64,000 bases of DNA, from the NCBI RefSeq assembly GCF_041248615.1, contig NZ_CP158426.1. One strand, written 5' to 3'. Made by a program: the position numbers and the translations under genes. This stretch comes from Escherichia coli. GTDB lineage: Bacteria > Pseudomonadota > Gammaproteobacteria > Enterobacterales > Enterobacteriaceae. Under the pieces are notes generated by a model. That model had not been told where the DNA came from. It ran no database searches and saw only the letters and a list, made by a program, of their open reading frames with translations. Shown here in pieces: positions 51,580 to 60,857 of this stretch (positions are counted from its first letter, which is position 1; each line of letters begins with the position of its first letter).

Positions 51580-52536
51580 ATGAACCCGATTGCAGTGACC
51601 CTACTCACCGGTTTTTTAGGCGCGGGCAAAACTACCCTGCTGCGCCATATTCTTAACGAACAACACGGCTACAAGATTGCCGTGATTGAAAACGAATTCG
51701 GCGAAGTCTCCGTTGATGATCAACTGATTGGCGACCGCGCCACGCAGATCAAAACGCTGACCAACGGCTGCATCTGCTGTTCGCGCTCCAACGAGCTGGA
51801 GGACGCGCTACTCGACCTGCTGGACAATCTCGACAAGGGCAATATTCAGTTCGACCGTCTGGTCATTGAATGCACCGGCATGGCCGATCCTGGCCCGATT
51901 ATTCAGACCTTTTTCTCCCATGAGATTTTATGCCAGCGCTACCTGCTGGACGGGGTGATTGCGCTGGTGGATGCGGTACATGCCGATGAGCAGATGAACC
52001 AGTTCACCATCGCCCAGTCACAGGTTGGCTACGCCGACCGTATTCTGCTGACTAAAACCGACGTCGCAGGCGAAGCAGAAAAACTGCGCGAACGCCTGGC
52101 GCGCATCAACGCCCGCGCACCGGTCTACACCGTCACCCACGGCGACATCGACCTGGGCCTGCTGTTCAACACCAACGGTTTTATGCTGGAAGAAAACGTC
52201 GTCAGCACCAAACCGCGTTTCCACTTTATCGCGGATAAACAAAACGATATTTCGTCGATTGTGGTGGAACTGGATTACCCGGTAGATATCAGCGAAGTTT
52301 CCCGGGTGATGGAAAACCTGCTGCTGGAATCGGCAGATAAACTGCTGCGTTACAAAGGGATGCTGTGGATTGACGGCGAACCTAACCGCCTGCTGTTCCA
52401 GGGCGTCCAGCGCCTCTACAGCGCCGACTGGGACAGGCCGTGGGGCGATGAAAAACCGCATAGCACGATGGTGTTTATCGGGATTCAGCTGCCGGAGGAT
52501 GAGATTCGGGCAGCGTTTGCTGGGTTGAGGAAGTAA
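51580..52536 (+). CDS. yjiA: COG0523 GTPase / zinc chaperone YjiA (318 aa)
   Basis: MNPIAVTLLTGFLGAGKTTLL (Walker A), CxCC motif; start set to ATG 51580. Confidence 0.9.
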   Translation: MNPIAVTLLTGFLGAGKTTLLRHILNEQHGYKIAVIENEFGEVSVDDQLIGDRATQIKTLTNGCICCSRSNELEDALLDLLDNLDKGNIQFDRLVIECTGMADPGPIIQTFFSHEILCQRYLLDGVIALVDAVHADEQMNQFTIAQSQVGYADRILLTKTDVAGEAEKLRERLARINARAPVYTVTHGDIDLGLLFNTNGFMLEENVVSTKPRFHFIADKQNDISSIVVELDYPVDISEVSRVMENLLLESADKLLRYKGMLWIDGEPNRLLFQGVQRLYSADWDRPWGDEKPHSTMVFIGIQLPEDEIRAAFAGLRK

Positions 52537-52559
52537 GTTCGGGAAAGATCAACTTTTTG

Positions 52560-52595
52560 AGAGTTCCACCGCAACATTATTACAAGTGGAACTCT
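52560..52595. terminator. bidirectional hairpin between convergent yjiA and the GmrSD-like gene
   Basis: AGAGTTCCAC (52560..52569) pairs with GTGGAACTCT (52586..52595), 16-nt loop, T-rich on both sides. Confidence 0.5.
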
Positions 52596-52604
52596 TTAGA
52601 TATG

Positions 52605-54257
52605 TCAGACCAACCAAAGCTTCTTCAATTGCGTTTTCATTTTTTCATGTCTCATTTTCAGTTCAGCCAATCCCCATTCTGAAGAATTACAAACATCTTT
52701 TGTTAAATCAAAAGAGCTTTTACTATTAAGTTTCTCATAAATAGATTTCTTTTTGATAAAATCATAGTGTTGTGCTTCAGAATTTTTGGAACCACTTATG
52801 AGTGTTAAATTACCTATTTTATGCAGCCAGTAGACATGCTCTTGAGGTTGGAATCTATTAATCCAGTATTCATTAACTAATGCTTGAGGAAGAATATGCT
52901 CAATTGTGATTCTCCCCGTATAGGTTTTAATCACGCTCTCATCTTGTTGCTCCATGTCTAAGCGAAGCAAAATTGCTTTTATTAAGTTCACTTGATTCGG
53001 ACGAGGCTCATATAAATCTTCATCCAGAGCAGCTATAAAACCTGAATTATCTGCATGTTGGTTTATCTGATTTATCACAGAATCAAAAGGCATATCATTA
53101 TTTATTGCTACCAGAGCTGAATAACAAACCATTTCTCTTTGGCTTTTAATTTGTTTTTTTAACCACCCATGCATATATACCTTCTCAAAGGCGGTAATAA
53201 ATTGAGAAAAATCATCTAAATTAAAATCTTCTGTACGAGCCATTCGATTCATGAATGCCATAACCGGAGGAATCCACTCATCTACCCCTAAATTACTTAG
53301 CGATGCTATTTTTCGTCGTATTGAAGGGTGTTCAAAATCATTCTCTAAAATCTTAGTATAATTTTTTGCAGAATTAACCAACATCAGTGACATAGCAATA
53401 GCATCTCCATCAAATTGCTGCTGGAGATTTTCAATAAAAGCTTCAAAACCTTTTTGTAATACCCTGTCACGATCTTTTTTCTCGGAAAGCTTATGAAGAG
53501 TAAGAAATTTATCAAGCCGTCTCACTCCAACCATATCTTCAATTTGCGACCATGCTGATTCTATTTGCTCTGATTTTTTATTATGCGTAGAAGCTGATTC
53601 AAACAGTGCATTTTTTAAAAGATCTGCATTACTTAAAGGTAAACCTCGACTATTTAATACATTAAAGAGTCTAAATGATGATGCGAAATCATCAGTTTGC
53701 ACAAATACGATATATACATTTTGCAAAATATATTTAGCAAGCAACTTCAACTCATCAACAGATAACCGCAACAAATAATCTCTAATTGTTTCAGCGTTGC
53801 TAATGAATACTAACTCAGTATCCGATGGCTTTTCAGGTTTATAATCTTTAGAATCCTGCAGTATATAATATTTATAAAGATCATACTCTTTTTTTCTAAC
53901 AATTAGTCTTGGTTCATCAGTTTCATCAGAATAAACATCAATAGGCAGAACTCTTTTTTGCAAATCATCTTTTATCCCCTGAATCGGGATGATTTTTTTT
54001 AGCTCGGAGACAATAATGCTTAACGTTGTAAGACGTTGTTGTCCATCTACAACTTCATACTGATTTTGCCCTTTATTGATACAAATCATACTCCCAATAA
54101 AATATTCATTCTCTTCTGATTGAGAGCTTTTATAAATATCATCAATGAGTTGCTCTGCATTATCTACCGTCCAACTGTAAGGACGCTGATAAGAAGGAAT
54201 AATAAACTTTTTGTTTTCAGTAAGGATATCCTGCACCTTACATTCTTTAGCTTCCAT
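52605..54257 (-). CDS. DUF262 + DUF1524 (GmrSD-family) putative type IV modification-dependent restriction endonuclease, occupying the K-12 mrr slot
   Basis: N-terminal ParB-like DUF262 motifs (IPSYQRPYSW, VVDGQQRLTTL); C-terminal His-Me finger DUF1524 motif (TIEHILPQ...GNLTLISGSKN); AT-rich; first ATG 54257 (track TTG 54278). Confidence 0.7.
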   Translation of the reverse strand: MEAKECKVQDILTENKKFIIPSYQRPYSWTVDNAEQLIDDIYKSSQSEENEYFIGSMICINKGQNQYEVVDGQQRLTTLSIIVSELKKIIPIQGIKDDLQKRVLPIDVYSDETDEPRLIVRKKEYDLYKYYILQDSKDYKPEKPSDTELVFISNAETIRDYLLRLSVDELKLLAKYILQNVYIVFVQTDDFASSFRLFNVLNSRGLPLSNADLLKNALFESASTHNKKSEQIESAWSQIEDMVGVRRLDKFLTLHKLSEKKDRDRVLQKGFEAFIENLQQQFDGDAIAMSLMLVNSAKNYTKILENDFEHPSIRRKIASLSNLGVDEWIPPVMAFMNRMARTEDFNLDDFSQFITAFEKVYMHGWLKKQIKSQREMVCYSALVAINNDMPFDSVINQINQHADNSGFIAALDEDLYEPRPNQVNLIKAILLRLDMEQQDESVIKTYTGRITIEHILPQALVNEYWINRFQPQEHVYWLHKIGNLTLISGSKNSEAQHYDFIKKKSIYEKLNSKSSFDLTKDVCNSSEWGLAELKMRHEKMKTQLKKLWLV

Positions 54258-54534
54258 TTCATATACCCAATCAAACAATCAACAATAACATTATCTTTCT
54301 TGCTCGAAAGAAACGCAACTATAAGATTTTTATATATTTTGTTAGAGTTGATATGGTTCCTGTAACTTCTGTTTATCTGTCTCTGATATGCCCAGATTAA
54401 TTCAAGCAAGATATAACAGAGATATCAATGTGATCTCTGCTACGTACTTTACGTTGAAACACCGCCCTAAATCATAGCCAGGCTATTGATTTTATGTACA
54501 ATCAGAATCGTCCTGATAAAAGCGAGAATACCCC

Positions 54535-56967
54535 ATGGCGGAACTGAACCTAAGTAACCTGACGGAAGCAGACATCATTACCAAATGCGTTATGCCAGCC
54601 ATTCTCAATGCAGGCTGGGACAACACAACGCAAATCAGACAGGAGGTCAAACTCCGGAACGGTAAAGTCATCGTACGTGGTAAAGTTGCGGCACGCAGAA
54701 CGGTAAAATCTGCTGACATCGTGCTGTATCACAAACCAGGCATTCCCTTAGCCGTGATTGAAGCAAAAGCCAACAAACATGAAATCGGCAAAGGGATGCA
54801 ACAGGGCATTGAATATGCGCGCCTGCTGGACGTTCCTTTTGTTTTTGCCACCAACGGTGATGGCTTTATCTTCCGCGACGCCACCGCAGCCGAAGGTGAA
54901 TGCCTTGAAAAGCAAATAACGCTGGATGACTTCCCCTCCCCCGCTGAACTCTGGCAAAAATTCTGCCTCTGGAAAGGATACACACAAGCTCAGCTTCCGG
55001 TGATTACTCAGGACTATTACGACGATGGCAGCGGTAAATCACCACGTTATTACCAGCTTCAGGCAATCAACAAAACCATTGAAGCCGTCTCCAACGGGCA
55101 AAACCGCGTTCTGCTGGTCATGGCGACCGGAACAGGGAAAACCTATACCGCATTCCAGATCATCTGGCGCCTGTGGAAATCAAAAAATAAAAAACGCATT
55201 TTGTTCCTTGCCGATCGCAACATTCTGGTCGACCAAACCAAACATAATGATTTCCAGCCATTTGGTACGGCAATGACCAAAGTCAGCGGACGCACCATTG
55301 ATCCCGCTTATGAAATTCACCTCGCGCTCTATCAGGCTATAACTGGCCCGGAGGAAGACCAAAAAGCGTTTAAACAAGTCGCACCAGATTTCTTCGATCT
55401 GATCGTGATCGACGAATGCCATCGCGGCAGCGCATCCGAAGACAGCGCCTGGCGAGAGATCCTTGATTATTTCAGTTCCTCCACCCAAATTGGCTTAACC
55501 GCCACGCCAAAAGAGACGCATGAAGTCTCCAGCACGGATTACTTCGGCGATCCGGTTTACGTCTACTCACTAAAAGAAGGGATCGAAGACGGCTTCCTCG
55601 CCCCTTATAAAGTTGTCCGTGTTGATATTGATATAGACCTGCAAGGCTGGCGCCCAACCAAAGGGCAAACTGACTTAAACGGCGAAGTGATCGACGATCG
55701 TATCTATAACCAGAAAGATTTCGATCGCACGATGGTAATCGACGAACGCACAGAACTGGTTGCCAGAACCATTACCGACTACCTCAAGCGCACCAACCCG
55801 ATGGATAAAACCATCGTCTTCTGTAACGACATCGATCATGCAGAACGTATGCGCCGCGCCCTGGTTAATCTCAACCCGGAGCAGGTGAAAAAGAACGACA
55901 AATACGTCATGAAAATCACCGGCGATGATGAAATTGGCAAAGCTCAGTTGGATAACTTCATCAACCCGAAAAAACCGTACCCGGTTATCGCGACCACTTC
56001 AGAGCTGATGACCACCGGTGTGGATGCTAAAACCTGCAAACTGGTAGTACTGGACCAGAACATCCAGTCGATGACCAAATTCAAGCAAATTATCGGTCGT
56101 GGTACACGCATCGACGAACGTTACGGCAAACTCTGGTTTACCATCCTCGACTTTAAAAAAGCCACCGAACTGTTTGCCGATGAGCGTTTCGATGGCATTC
56201 CCGAAAAAGTCATGGATACCACGCCAGAGGATATCGCCGACCCAGAATCTGATTTTGAAGAGAAACTCGAAGAAATCAGCGAACATGACGACGAACAGGT
56301 AACAGGCGTTGATGAACCGCCTGCGCCACCATACCAGGTTACCGATACCGATGATGTCGGCCCACTTCCGGAAGAAGACGAGAAGAAAATCCGCAAGTTT
56401 CACGTCAACGGTGTAGCGGTGGGCGTTATTGCGCAGCGTGTTCAGTATTACGATGCCGACGGTAAACTGGTTACCGAATCTTTTAAAGATTACACCCGCA
56501 AAACACTGCTCAAAGAATATGCCTCGCTGGATGACTTTACCCGCAAGTGGCAGGACGCCGATCGCAAAGAAGCGATCATTCACGAGCTGGAACAACAGGG
56601 GATCATCTGGGAAGTACTGGCAGAAGAAGTCGGTAAAGATCTCGACCCGTTCGACATGCTTTGCCACGTAGTGTATGGTCAGCCGCCGTTAACCCGCAAA
56701 GAGCGCGCCGAGAACGTGCGCAAGCGGAACTACTTCACAAAATACTCTGAAGCAGCGCAAGCCGTGCTCGATAATCTGCTGGATAAATACGCCGATGCGG
56801 GCGTACAGGAGATCGAAAGTATTCAGGTGCTGAAACTTAAGCCATTCGACAGCATGGGCACCTTACCGGAGATTATTAAAACCGGATTTGGCGACCGTAA
56901 CGGGTATAATCAGGCGCTCAGCGAGCTGGAAAACGAAATCTACCAATTACCGCCCCGCTCTGCTTAA
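54535..56967 (+). CDS. hsdR: type I restriction enzyme R subunit (810 aa, type IB/EcoAI-like size class)
   Basis: SF2 helicase motifs (MATGTGKT Walker A, DECHRGSA); length fits the type IB class, not the 1170-aa EcoKI HsdR. Confidence 0.9.
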   Translation: MAELNLSNLTEADIITKCVMPAILNAGWDNTTQIRQEVKLRNGKVIVRGKVAARRTVKSADIVLYHKPGIPLAVIEAKANKHEIGKGMQQGIEYARLLDVPFVFATNGDGFIFRDATAAEGECLEKQITLDDFPSPAELWQKFCLWKGYTQAQLPVITQDYYDDGSGKSPRYYQLQAINKTIEAVSNGQNRVLLVMATGTGKTYTAFQIIWRLWKSKNKKRILFLADRNILVDQTKHNDFQPFGTAMTKVSGRTIDPAYEIHLALYQAITGPEEDQKAFKQVAPDFFDLIVIDECHRGSASEDSAWREILDYFSSSTQIGLTATPKETHEVSSTDYFGDPVYVYSLKEGIEDGFLAPYKVVRVDIDIDLQGWRPTKGQTDLNGEVIDDRIYNQKDFDRTMVIDERTELVARTITDYLKRTNPMDKTIVFCNDIDHAERMRRALVNLNPEQVKKNDKYVMKITGDDEIGKAQLDNFINPKKPYPVIATTSELMTTGVDAKTCKLVVLDQNIQSMTKFKQIIGRGTRIDERYGKLWFTILDFKKATELFADERFDGIPEKVMDTTPEDIADPESDFEEKLEEISEHDDEQVTGVDEPPAPPYQVTDTDDVGPLPEEDEKKIRKFHVNGVAVGVIAQRVQYYDADGKLVTESFKDYTRKTLLKEYASLDDFTRKWQDADRKEAIIHELEQQGIIWEVLAEEVGKDLDPFDMLCHVVYGQPPLTRKERAENVRKRNYFTKYSEAAQAVLDNLLDKYADAGVQEIESIQVLKLKPFDSMGTLPEIIKTGFGDRNGYNQALSELENEIYQLPPRSA

Positions 56968-56981
56968 CAACTCTCTTTTGC

Positions 56982-57020
56982 GCCTTCTGCAACCATCATG
57001 TTGCAGAAGGCCTTGTTTTT
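56982..57020 (+). terminator. perfect 11-12-bp hairpin plus T-run in the hsdR-hsdM spacer
   Basis: GCCTTCTGCAA (56982..56992) pairs with TTGCAGAAGGC (57001..57011), then CTTGTTTTT. Confidence 0.5.
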
Positions 57021-57033
57021 CATGGAATACAAC

Positions 57034-58503
57034 ATGTCTATCAGCTCAGTAATCAAATCATTACAAGATATTATGCGCAAAGATGCCGGTGTGGACGGCG
57101 ATGCGCAGCGTCTCGGTCAGCTCTCCTGGCTGCTGTTTTTGAAAATCTTCGATGCCCAGGAAGAGGCGCTGGAACTGGAGCAGGATAACTATCAATATCC
57201 GATCCCACAGCGTTATTTATGGCGCAGTTGGGCCGCAAACGCTCAGGGCATTACCGGTGATTCCCTGCTGGAATTCGTTAATGATGATCTGTTCCCGGCG
57301 TTGAAAAACCTCACTGCGCCTATCGATAAAAACCCACGCGGCTACGTGGTAAAGCAGGCGTTCAGCGATGCCTATAACTACATGAAAAACGGTACGCTAC
57401 TGCGTCAGGTGATCAACAAGCTGAACGAAATTGACTTTACCAGCGCCAGCGAACGGCATCTGTTTGGTGATATTTACGAGCAGATCCTTAAAGATCTGCA
57501 ATCTGCGGGCAATGCGGGCGAATTCTATACTCCACGCGCCGTCACTCGCTTTATGGTGGATCGCGTTGATCCGAAACTCGGCGAATCCATTATGGACCCG
57601 GCCTGCGGTACGGGCGGTTTTCTTGCCTGCGCATTTGATCATGTAAAGAACAAATACGTGAAGAGCGTCGCCGATCATCAGACGCTGCAACAACAGATCC
57701 ACGGTGTTGAGAAAAAACAGCTTCCGCACCTGCTGGCGACCACCAATATGCTGCTACACGGCATTGAAGTGCCAGTGCAAATTCGTCACGACAACACTCT
57801 GAACAAACCGCTTTCCTCCTGGGATGAGCAACTGGATGTCATTGTTACCAACCCGCCGTTTGGTGGCACGGAAGAAGACGGTATTGAGAAGAACTTTCCA
57901 GCAGAGATGCAAACCCGCGAAACGGCGGATTTGTTCCTGCAACTGATTGTGGAAGTACTGGCGAAAAATGGTCGCGCGGCGGTGGTATTGCCGGATGGCA
58001 CACTATTTGGCGAAGGCGTTAAAACCAAAATCAAAAAGCTACTTACCGAAGAGTGCAACCTGCATACCATCGTGCGCTTACCGAATGGTGTGTTTAACCC
58101 CTATACCGGCATTAAAACCAACCTGTTGTTCTTTACCAAAGGTCAGCCAACCAAAGAGATTTGGTTCTATGAGCATCCGTATCCGGCGGGCGTGAAAAAT
58201 TACAGTAAAACTAAGCCGATGAAGTTTGAAGAGTTTCAGGCGGAGATTGACTGGTGGGGTAACGAGGCCGATGGTTTTGCCAGCCGCGTCGAGAATGAGC
58301 AGGCGTGGAAAGTCAGCATTGATGACGTGATTGCGCGCAACTTCAATCTGGATATTAAAAACCCACATCAGGCGGAAACCGTTAGCCATGATCCGGACGA
58401 ACTGTTAGCGCAGTATGCAAAACAGCAGGCGGAGATCCAGACGCTGCGTAATCAACTGCGCGATATTCTTGGCGCTGCGCTGTCTGGCAAGGAGGTTAAC
58501 TAA
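57034..58503 (+). CDS. hsdM: type I N6-adenine DNA methyltransferase M subunit (489 aa from ATG 57034)
   Basis: SAM motif I (DPACGTGGFL) and motif IV (NPPFG); stop overlaps hsdS start (TAATG). Confidence 0.9.
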   Translation: MSISSVIKSLQDIMRKDAGVDGDAQRLGQLSWLLFLKIFDAQEEALELEQDNYQYPIPQRYLWRSWAANAQGITGDSLLEFVNDDLFPALKNLTAPIDKNPRGYVVKQAFSDAYNYMKNGTLLRQVINKLNEIDFTSASERHLFGDIYEQILKDLQSAGNAGEFYTPRAVTRFMVDRVDPKLGESIMDPACGTGGFLACAFDHVKNKYVKSVADHQTLQQQIHGVEKKQLPHLLATTNMLLHGIEVPVQIRHDNTLNKPLSSWDEQLDVIVTNPPFGGTEEDGIEKNFPAEMQTRETADLFLQLIVEVLAKNGRAAVVLPDGTLFGEGVKTKIKKLLTEECNLHTIVRLPNGVFNPYTGIKTNLLFFTKGQPTKEIWFYEHPYPAGVKNYSKTKPMKFEEFQAEIDWWGNEADGFASRVENEQAWKVSIDDVIARNFNLDIKNPHQAETVSHDPDELLAQYAKQQAEIQTLRNQLRDILGAALSGKEVN

Positions 58504-60248
58504 TGAGTGTGGAAAAGCTGATCGTTGATCATATGGAAACCTGGACCTCGGCGTTGCAAACCCGTTCCACCGCCGGGCGCGGCAGTTCCGGAAAAATTGA
58601 TTTATATGGCATTAAGAAATTACGTGAGCTGATTCTGGAACTGGCTGTGCGCGGTAAACTGGTGCCGCAGGACCCGAACGATGAACCGGCGTCGGAGCTG
58701 CTGAAGCGTATTGCGGCAGAAAAAGCAGAGCTGGTGAAGCAAGGTAAAATTAAAAAGCAAAAACCACTGCCGGAAATTAGTGAGGAAGAGAAGCCGTTTG
58801 AATTGCCGGAGGGATGGGAGTGGGTGCGTATTAGTGAAATTGGACATGACTGGGGACAAAAAACTCCAGATAAAGATTTTACTTACATTGATGTTGGTTC
58901 AATAAATAAAGAATATGGAATTATTGAAGAGCCATCTATTCTTTCAGCGAAAGATGCCCCATCGCGAGCGAGAAAAATTGTTCAGCAAGGGACTATCATA
59001 TACTCTACTGTTCGCCCGTATTTGTTAAATATAGCTATTATTGAAAACGAAATACTACCTGAACCGATCGCTAGTACTGCCTTCGCTATTATTCATCCAT
59101 ATACGGCGATGGATGCTAATTTCATTTATTATTATCTACGTTCTCCGGTATTTGTTTGTTATGTTGAAAATTGTCAGACAGGGGTTGCCTATCCAGCAAT
59201 CAATGACAAACAATTTTTTTCTGGAATAACTCCAGTTCCTCCATCCTTGGAACAAGTTCGCATCGCAAACAAAATCAAAGAATTAATGTCCCTCTGCGAC
59301 CAACTGGAACAGCAATCCCTGACCAGTCTGGACGCACATCAACAACTGGTTGAAACCCTGTTGGGAACGCTGACTGACAGCCAAAACGCCGAGGAACTGG
59401 CTGAAAACTGGACGCGTATTAGCGAGCATTTCGACACACTATTTACCACCGAAGCCAGCGTGGATGCGCTAAAACAGACCATTCTGCAACTGGCGGTAAT
59501 GGGTAAACTTGTGCCGCAGGATCCGAATGACGAACCTGCCTCTGAACTGCTCAAACGAATTGCGCAGGAAAAAGCACAACTGGTGAAAGACGGGAAAATA
59601 AAAAAACAAAAACCGTTGCCGCCGATTAGCGATGAGGAAAAACCGTTTGAACTGCCGGATGGGTGGGAGTGGTGTCGTATCGTTGATTTAGCAATTGTAG
59701 GTACAGGCGCAACACCTTCTCGTGATGAGCCCAACTATTGGAAAAATGGAGTAATTAATTGGGTGACAAGTGGAGAAACTTGCTTACCTTTTATTCAAAA
59801 CACCACCGAACATATTACCCAAAAGGCTGTTGATGAAACAAATGTTTCAATCTATCCACCAGGAACTCTTATTATTGCAATGTATGGACAAGGAAAAACA
59901 AGAGGGCAAATCACAGAGTTATTAATAAGTGCTGGAACAAACCAAGCATGCGCAGCCATTCGATTAATCGAAACGGATAATGAGCATCGTAAATTTATAA
60001 AACTTTTTTTTGAAAAGTCTTATGATGATTTACGTAGTTTAGCCGCTGGAGGTGCACAGCCAAATCTAAATGTAGCAAAAATATCACAAACTGTTATACC
60101 ATTGCCCCCTAAAAGAGAACAAAATCGGATCGTTTCTATTGTGGGGGAGTTATTAATTTATTGCGATAAATTACGCAAAAATATCCAGACCGCCCAACAA
60201 ACCCAACTGCACCTTGCAGATGCACTAACTGACGCGGCGATAAACTAA
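58503..60248 (+). CDS. hsdS: type I specificity subunit HsdS (581 aa) with two conserved repeats flanking AT-rich target-recognition domains
   Basis: GKLVPQDPNDEPASELLKRIA...KQKPLP...EEKPFELP(E/D)GWEW repeated at about residues 45-110 and 330-395; AGGAGG SD. Confidence 0.9.
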   Translation: MSVEKLIVDHMETWTSALQTRSTAGRGSSGKIDLYGIKKLRELILELAVRGKLVPQDPNDEPASELLKRIAAEKAELVKQGKIKKQKPLPEISEEEKPFELPEGWEWVRISEIGHDWGQKTPDKDFTYIDVGSINKEYGIIEEPSILSAKDAPSRARKIVQQGTIIYSTVRPYLLNIAIIENEILPEPIASTAFAIIHPYTAMDANFIYYYLRSPVFVCYVENCQTGVAYPAINDKQFFSGITPVPPSLEQVRIANKIKELMSLCDQLEQQSLTSLDAHQQLVETLLGTLTDSQNAEELAENWTRISEHFDTLFTTEASVDALKQTILQLAVMGKLVPQDPNDEPASELLKRIAQEKAQLVKDGKIKKQKPLPPISDEEKPFELPDGWEWCRIVDLAIVGTGATPSRDEPNYWKNGVINWVTSGETCLPFIQNTTEHITQKAVDETNVSIYPPGTLIIAMYGQGKTRGQITELLISAGTNQACAAIRLIETDNEHRKFIKLFFEKSYDDLRSLAAGGAQPNLNVAKISQTVIPLPPKREQNRIVSIVGELLIYCDKLRKNIQTAQQTQLHLADALTDAAIN

Positions 60249-60374
60249 TTTTCTCGCCCTCAAAAAAACCAATAAAGCGGCTCAATAGCCGCTTTATTAA
60301 CATCACCAAAAATTATATTTCACGCTAATTTTCATCTTATTTTCATTAATTTTTAGCTGGACTTTCCCTGTATT

Positions 60375-60394
60375 TACTGATGATATATCCAGGT
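60375..60394. promoter_or_regulatory. putative LexA box in the symE promoter region
   Basis: TACTGATGATATATCCAGGT matches the LexA consensus at 14/20 (CTG-N10-CAG); symE is SOS-induced (established). Confidence 0.4.
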
Positions 60395-60396
60395 AT

Positions 60397-60473
60397 TTAG
60401 CGCGGTGCGGATGTGCGCCAACACACCCACACCGCTCATCACAATCCCTATTTCACGAGAATAGTAATCATGA
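60397..60473 (-). ncRNA. symR: SymR antisense sRNA (approximate position, inferred from symE)
   Basis: in K-12 the ~77-nt SymR is encoded antisense over the symE 5' UTR and start codon; coordinates are by analogy, not read from a conserved sequence. Confidence 0.3.
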
Positions 60474-60811
60474 CTGACACGCATTCTATTGCACAACCGT
60501 TCGAAGCAGAAGTCTCCCCGGCAAATAACCGTCAATTAACCGTGAGTTATGCGAGCCGCTACCCGGATTACAGCCGTATTCCCGCCATCACCCTGAAAGG
60601 TCAGTGGCTGGAAGCTGCCGGTTTTGCCACCGGCACGGCGGTAGATGTCAAAGTGATGGAAGGCTGTATTGTCCTCACCGCCCAACCACCCGCCGCCGAA
60701 GAGAGCGAGCTAATGCAGTCGCTGCGCCAGGTGTGCAAGCTGTCGGCGCGTAAACAAAAGCAGGTGCGGGAATTTATTGGGGTGATTGCGGGTAAACAGA
60801 AAGTCGCCTGA
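60470..60811 (+). CDS. symE: SOS-induced toxin SymE (113 aa, AbrB-fold endoribonuclease-like)
   Basis: [47 protein letters not shown]... matches recalled K-12 SymE. Confidence 0.9.
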   Translation: MTDTHSIAQPFEAEVSPANNRQLTVSYASRYPDYSRIPAITLKGQWLEAAGFATGTAVDVKVMEGCIVLTAQPPAAEESELMQSLRQVCKLSARKQKQVREFIGVIAGKQKVA

Positions 60812-60857
60812 TACATTGACCCGGTAGCGCCAGTGCTACCGGGTATTATTCGCCACG

